A stretch of DNA of 64,000 nucleotides, taken from the NCBI GenBank assembly GCA_951406725.2, contig OX597815.1:106640001-106704000 (forward strand). Direction: 5' to 3'. The DNA comes from Octopus vulgaris (taxonomy: Eukaryota). This document shows positions 57,435-64,000 of this stretch, piece by piece. Position 1 is the stretch's first letter. The number at the start of each line of letters is the position of its first letter. Both the position numbers and the translations under genes were made by a program. The notes beneath the pieces were generated by a model that saw only the letters and a list, made by a program, of their open reading frames with translations, had not been told where the DNA came from and searched no databases.

Positions 57435-58064
57435 TGAAATGGATTGTCTCACGGATACTCTTGATACATTAAATCACAGAACACTCACTCTTAATTACAA
57501 CCGAACCCACATTACATTGGTGACAACCACTATTAATTTAGTAACACGCAATACCCACCAAAATGGAATGGTCGTTACTGGAACGCTTTTGATTATAAGT
57601 CTTGTTTGAGTGGGATTGATCCACAGTTAAACTGCATCAAAAAGTAGGACTGAGGAACTAACGAATATCTTGTTAGATAACAATATCAAGTTCAATTCCA
57701 TCTGTGGAAAAGTTAGCAGTGATCTGCCATCTTCATATCCAGGTGAAGATTTATCTCTCATCTGCTTAACGCAACAATTAAATAATGGAGCCATGGAACC
57801 TTTAAATTAGAATTAGATTAATTAAACGAGCAAAAGACAAAAAAAAAAAAAGAAAGAAAGAAAGACTATTATTGGTAGTCACATGAATTACGTTACGATT
57901 ATTCATTTATTCGGAAAGTCAGTCAGGAATTCTATTAATGACGAGAAACGTTTGTCCAGCCATTAATTAAATAATCTTTGATATAACTAGACCAGGATTA
58001 CTTCGGAATTCAAGAAGAAAAAGAGAAAGAAAGAGAGAAAGAGAGAGAGAAGGAGAAAGAAGGC

Positions 58065-58098
<34 letters not shown>

Positions 58099-58869
58099 GA
58101 GAGAGAGAAAGAGAGAGAGTCGTATGAGGAGATCGTCTATTAATATATTATTATTATCTATAAGCATTAAGACATAATACTGCTCATATGAATCGAACGT
58201 AGCACGTGGCATTCATTTTTATACAAATCTATACCTTTTCCCAAGATAAACATGTTTCTTCAAATTGATTACTATCTACAGTTACTGGAACAGACAAAAT
58301 TTAGTGACTATATGCAGTGACATCAACGACATTGTATTATTATTCCAATAAAGCAGCGACTATGACACGGTAACAACAATCAAACATATCGATTGATTAT
58401 TACTATCTACGCTTGCCGACACTTGTTGCTTCCTACTAATAGCAACGCGTTACTATACACGCGGGCACGCACAGAAGTGCGCAGGACAGTTGAATCATCG
58501 ATAACAGACATACTTCCAGCAAAGATCATTGTCGATATGATATTTGTCCATAGCAACCAGTTGAAAATGATTAGAGGTAGCTTATAATTAAAGCATATGA
58601 ATACATGTATTTGTGTTTATCTGTATGTACTATACAACGTTTGTGAGATTATCTGGTGTCGATAACGGATAAAAGAAAGACATCGCTCTATGTATGTCAC
58701 TAAATACATATATTGAAGTACATGGGCTATGAACTGGAAACAGTTGGTTGAATTCTATGTCTACGTGTCGCTTTACATGTCACACATATCTTACACTCTT
58801 ATGTATTTATTTGTATCAGTTGACCAACTGGTTCGTTTTTGTTATATATGTATACGCAAACACACACAT

Positions 58870-59010
58870 GTACAGTTTAGTAGTTAGGGTGTTGGGCTTA
58901 GGATAGTAAAGATGCAGGTTCGATTCTGTAATCGGACAGCGCATTGTATTCTTGAGCAAGGCACTTCATATCACGTTATTCTAGTCTACTTAGTTGAAAA
59001 ATGAGCATCA
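58870..59010 (+). mobile_element. CORE-like SINE head, degraded
   Basis: TTAGTAGTTAGGGTGTTGGGC...GGTTCGATTC...TTGTATTCTTGAGCAAGGCACTTCATATCAC. Confidence 0.65.
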
Positions 59011-59169
59011 ACCGACCGCAGTTATCTCTCCCTTCTGCCGTTACAGCTTGGCTGTTCCATTGAGTCATGAGTGGATTGGACGAGAGAGTGCCTATGTCAA
59101 CTCATGACTACCTACAAAGGCACTTTAAACAATTAGAGAAAGAGCGGCACAAGCTACTAGATCATGCTT

Positions 59170-59230
<61 letters not shown>

Positions 59231-59372
59231 TCATAAATGAGGGCAAAGGAAAAAATTTCTAATGCCAAATATGCCGAAAAATTGGACATATTGTCCATTA
59301 ACCATATAATTTTTTCACAATACGCACGCTACTCGAAAAAGGTCGACAGAAATTTCTAAAAAATTCCATTAT

Positions 59373-59430
59373 TACCATATCGGACCGATTTCAGAGTTAG
59401 CTACTAAGAGCCCTCTCTTCGTCAGTGATA
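59373..59430 (-). ncRNA. Type I hammerhead ribozyme (left-arm copy)
   Basis: Exact reverse complement of 59889-59946. Confidence 0.75.
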
Positions 59431-59888
59431 CATGTGGCAAAAGAAATAAATGAGATACTTACTCATACCCATGGAGGAAGCAAATACTAAGTCATGGGCA
59501 CAACTAAGTACCCCAAATACATCCAAAATAGAAATACTCCAGCCCATTCGAGGCACGTGCGATTTGAACTGAGGCTCTCACAGAGTGAGTTAGTTAGTTC
59601 GGAAGTGAACGCTTAAATTTATATCAAATGTGAGGATAAAATTTTTTTCGAGAAAATATTTTTTTTTTCGAAAAGAATTTTATCCTCACATTTGATATAA
59701 ATTTAAGCGTTCACTTCCGGATTTACTAACTCACTCTGTGAGAGCCTCAGTTCAAATCGCACGTGCCTCGAATGGGCTGGAGTATTTCTATTTTGGATGT
59801 ATTTGGGGTACTTAGTTGTGCCCATGACTTAGTATTTGCTTCTTCCATGGGTATGAGTAAGTATCTCATTTATTTCTTTTGCCACATG

Positions 59889-59946
59889 TATCACTGACGA
59901 AGAGAGGGCTCTTAGTAGCTAACTCTGAAATCGGTCCGATATGGTA
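59889..59946 (+). ncRNA. Type I hammerhead ribozyme (right-arm copy)
   Basis: TATCA-CTGACGA-AGAG(AGGGCTCTTAGTAGCTAA)CTCT-GAAA-TCGG-T-CCGAT-A-TGGTA. Core CUGACGA (59894-59900) and GAAA (59927-59930) are intact. Stem I is UAUCA/UGGUA, stem II is AGAG/CUCU, stem III is AUCGG/CCGAU, and cleavage is predicted after AUA (59941). Confidence 0.78.
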
Positions 59947-60195
59947 ATAATGGAATTTTTTAGAAATTTCTGTCTACCTTTTTTCGAGTTGCGTGCGTAT
60001 TGTGAAAAAATGATATGGTTAATGGACAATATGTCCAATTTTTCGGCATATTTGGCATTAGAAATTTTTTCCTTTGCCCTCATTTATGAATTGTTTATAC
60101 ATTTAACCGTTAAAGGTATTTTTTAATATGCTGGCCATTGATAAAATTTTTTCTCGAGAAAATATTTTTTTCGAAAAGAATTTTATCCTCACATT

Positions 60196-60237
<42 letters not shown>

Positions 60238-60252
60238 GCACACATATATAGT

Positions 60253-60289
<37 letters not shown>

Positions 60290-60319
60290 GAAAGAGAAAA
60301 GCAAATAGCAAATCTTTGA

Positions 60320-61434
60320 GCCAAGAAGTTCACTTGTCCGTGACGAAACATATTTCTCCAGCACCGTTCTGACCTCCTCTACAGAATTCATATTTTTTCC
60401 ATCCAAATGATTTTGCAGACTGCAGAATAAATAATAATCAGATGGGACAATGTCTGGCGAATATGGTGGGTGGGGCATCGTTTCCCATTCAAACTGCTCC
60501 AGCCTTTGCAATGTCATCCTCGCTGTATGTGGCTGAGCATTATCCTGATGGAAGAATAACTTTCGTCTTGAAACCAAAGATAATCCTTTTTCTTCTAGTG
60601 CTGACTCAAGTCACTTAAGCTCCTCACAGTAGATCTCCTTTGTTATTGTTTGGTTTGGGTTTAAACGATCAAAGTAGACTAAACATTTCATATCCCACCA
60701 AACAGATAACAACATCTTACGTGGGCGAAGACCTTCTTTAGCGTGGAGTGCCGGTGTTTCTCCTTTCCTGGTGCTTGACATTTTTATAGAGAACCCATTT
60801 CTCATCACCAGTTACTATGCGGTCCAAAAAAGGATCATTCGTGAGACGTGACAGCAAAGAAGAGCATACATTCAGTCTTTACGCACGATTAAACTCGGAA
60901 AGTTTGTGAAGAACCCATTGACCCAATTTGCTGACTTTTCCGATGGCGCGCAGGTGTCGATGAATGCTTGAATGACCAAATTCAAGCTTCTCTGCTAGAT
61001 CCTCAACAGTTACGATGGGATTTTGTTCCGCCAGAGTTTGCAGGACGTCCATATTGAGCTCTACAGATCTTCTAGGACGAAGTTCGTCTTCTAGGCTGTA
61101 GTTTACGGCTCGGATTTTTGGAACCATCGTTGACACTGACTTATGCTTATTGTCCGATCCCCATATACTACATTAATATTCCTTGCCCTTTCCATTGTTT
61201 ATTGCTTTTATTGAACTCATACAGTAAAATATGCTCCTTTATCACTTCCATTATAGTTTTGAAAAAATAACTGTTAAAATCGAACAGCACTTTTCAAAAT
61301 TTGCACTAAGAATAAGGACAAGGTTAAATTACTACCTGCTTTTATAGCAAATTTATGCAGGTAGTTTATCCCGTTCCCCTCCGACTTTTAGTTCATGCAA
61401 TTGAAATAACCGCATTATTTATGGGATGACTCAA
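60320..61434 (-). mobile_element. Mariner transposon lacking its 3' end, transposase disrupted
   Basis: 5' TIR TTGAGTCATCCCATAAATAATGCG with TA at 61435-61436 and ATG at 61251. Motifs GQWVLHKLS, TGDEKW, MLLSVWWD, HQDNAQPH, HPPYSPDIVPSDYYLF lie in ORFs 60879-61136, 60611-60808 and 60110-60577. Confidence 0.9.
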
Positions 61435-62406
61435 TATTTAAATATTTTTCTGAAGGGAAGTTTGTTCAAACTGGTGTGGTTTAGCATGCAAATTATAAAT
61501 ACATCTGTTCAGCAGTAGAATTTTGTTCTACTATGCAGTGAGGTCTCATCTTTGACCACGCCAGTGAATGTTAGTGTTCAGTATTCTATTTATGAAAAAG
61601 ATATTTTTCTGTAACCATATGTGTGCGGACACGCGCGCGTACTCGTGTAGTGTAACGGCACATACATTCATCTGGTTATTGTAATGCATGTAGGTTTGTT
61701 TTCTCTGAGAGTTAAAACTACAAGCTTAGCATTAAACTTTGAGTAACCATTGTATTTCATAATTACAGCATAAAGATCACGATCTCCCCCACCTCTCTCT
61801 CTCACACACATACACATCTGCCTATTTTAGAGTGTGTGGACGAGTGTATGCGTGTGTATCATTGACGATGAAAAAAATGAGAGTAATTGAACGATAGGTG
61901 AACATCGCAAATTACTTTATATATGCATGTGTCTTTATAGATATGAATTAATAAAAATATACATGCCTAAACATACTCATACGTACATATAGTACGTGTG
62001 AATATGTAAACATATGTAAGATATGTGTTGTATGTGTGATTGTACGTCTATTTCCATGTTTGCATTCGTGTTTACATATCTCTTTATATTCACGCAAGCG
62101 TGGAATATTGTCTGGCACCCTCTTCGTTTCACTGTTGACTGCTTGTCCATGACTACCGATTTGTGAAAGTACCTATTCTATGTTTGCTTAAAATATTTGC
62201 AGCAAGTGCGTAATGAGTGATGGCTCTCTTTATTACCTATCAAGTTGTCACGAACATAATTGCTACAACGACGTAATATAAACTGTTTATCTGTTATTAT
62301 ACAAGAGCTGCTGAATGTTGGTTTAAGAAATGATTACAAATTAACGATTACTTTTAAAAACAATTGCTGGAGATACATGTTCGGTAACGGTACATATAAC
62401 GCCGCC

Positions 62407-62439
<33 letters not shown>

Positions 62440-62517
62440 TCAGGATGTTATCATAAATCATTTCATCAACGCTCTGGTTTAAGTTTACTTTTTGTGATAT
62501 TTTTGTTTCAAAATTAG

Positions 62518-62733
62518 ATGACTCAACGAAATGTGAACACCACAAGGTTAACCACGAGACTGGGACCAATGTTGCTGCTAATGGCCGTGACTCTCACTCT
62601 TGGGTTGTGCTGGGCATGTACTGGGGTACAAGCCTATGAGTGTATTTCACTATCTCTACTTAACGTTTTGCCTTATCTTCGAACTCAAAAACAAGACAGA
62701 CTTTTTTTGCAGGCATTTCCGACATCGCTTTGA
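62518..62733 (+). other. Candidate exon / small ORF with signal-peptide-like segment (unconfirmed)
   Basis: T-rich tract plus AG (62516-62517) directly before ATG. MLLLMAVTLTLGLCWACTGVQA is hydrophobic with a VQA end. A second acceptor TTTTTTTGCAG ends at 62712. Confidence 0.25.
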
Positions 62734-63699
62734 AATTCGCAGTTGTTTGCACAACAACTGGAGAGCTAAGAGAAGTCACAAAGGAACCACGCGACCATAT
62801 CAGAGAAATTCAGTGCAGATAAATGAGATTATGAGCCTGTGAAAGACAGGATATTAATAATAGTATTAAAAAATCTAAGAATTATTCGAAGAACTTTAGG
62901 TAAACCATAGCCAAGACGTGAGCATTTTTCTTGCCAGCCGCTCCGAAATTGCTTGCAAGTATTTTTGTAACAAGCAAGTACGTGGGCTACCAAACCACAA
63001 GAAGATGGCTGAAGTAGAGGTTTCGTTTGTAGATTTTATCTTGATTTTAAAAGATTTTAAAATTCTGTAGACCCTAACCCTAACTTCTTCGAAAAGTTTG
63101 GAGTTCACTACCATTAACCGGAATACAGGAAAAGATTTTTTGAAATTTTATAAATATATATTATTTTATTTAAAATTATTGCGGTCATCTCAGCGAGCGA
63201 GACTGACTACCCTGGACTGATGACGAGCAATTCACTTCAGGTGCTAGTCCCAGCTGGCGGGGGTGATTGCTTCCCCTTTGCATATATAAGGACACCGAAA
63301 AAGTGTCAAAGCCGACAGGAAACGTCGTTGTTTCCTAGGGCTAAATGGCGGTGGTGTAATTCCCTTACGTTGAGTTGACAGTATACAACCACTATATCGC
63401 TCCACCACCGCTCATGTCTCTCTGAGACATTTAGAAATTCAGTATTTCTAATATTGCTTACAAGTAATTTTAATATGGTTGTCCTAGCTAATCCAGAAGA
63501 GGTGGTCTTAGAAAATGAGGCAGCCCCCACTACACCGCTACCCAATATTTTTGAAAATAACAAAAAGACAAACAAGAAAAAAGAAATGAATATATCTGAG
63601 CAAATATACAAAGCAGACATCTATATTTAAAGAAAGGAAGAATACTTTCAATAACATTAAAATGAAAAGCCGTTTTGTTAGCATTATTAAACAAAAGGA

Positions 63700-63880
63700 T
63701 GCGCGCCGGTCAAAATACTTAGCGACGTTTCGTCCGTATCTACGTTTTGAGTTCAATTTCTGCCGAGGTTGACTTTGTCTTTCATCCTTTCGGGGGTCAA
63801 TAAAATAAGTACTGGGGTCGATGTAATCGACTTGGCCCCTTTGCCAAAAATACTGGCCTTGTGCCAAAATTTGATACCAG
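63700..63880 (+). mobile_element. Meta-domain SINE
   Basis: GAGTTCAATTTCTGCCGAGGTTGACTTTGTCTTTCATCCTTTCGGGGTCAATAAAATAAGTAC...GGCCTTGTGCCAAAATTTG. Confidence 0.82.
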
Positions 63881-64000
63881 TATTAAACAAAGGGATGCGC
63901 TGAAGAAAAAACATGGAAGAAATATACTCTCTGGAATTAATTTACTGTTTATAGCTACTCCGTAGGCGTTGTCTAAGAAAGGTTGAACATAAACCGATCT

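Larger units (their letters stand above)
59222..60099. repeat. ~880-bp near-perfect spacer-less palindrome (two ~435-bp arms) in (TA)n
   Basis: Left arm TATAAAAATTCATAAATGAGGGC... is the reverse complement of right arm ...GCCCTCATTTATGAATTGTTTATA with only scattered mismatches. Centre at AAT|ATT 59657/59658. Confidence 0.97.

Noticed and set aside
63215-63250. CTGATGA followed by short stems
   Set aside because: No properly placed GAAA or stem III, so not a hammerhead, and no clear C/D snoRNA pair.

Overview
AT-rich, microsatellite-dense eukaryotic non-coding DNA (intron or intergenic). The SINE families and repeat landscape point to a cephalopod, probably Octopus (inference from recalled repeat families, not from a search). 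No intact host protein-coding gene can be supported. Almost all listed ORFs are microsatellite translations or transposon relics. Recognisable content includes many tRNA-derived SINEs (Meta-domain, CORE-like and two other families) and at least seven R4/Dong-type (restriction-like endonuclease) LINE fragments, most sitting in (AAT)n arrays. There are also RTE and CR1/L2-group LINE fragments, one full-length mellifera-like mariner, a truncated mariner, two mariner MITE derivatives, a hAT MITE with an 8-bp TSD, and Tigger/pogo, Helitron and Penelope relics. The most notable structure is an ~880-bp near-perfect, spacer-less palindrome (59222-60099) inserted in (TA)n. It is built from a ~505-nt non-coding unit carrying a complete type I hammerhead ribozyme fold in each arm, consistent with a retrozyme/Penelope-like element duplicated by snap-back. 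Several other intact or decayed hammerhead-like motifs are scattered through the window. Boundaries of degraded repeats are approximate, read by eye.
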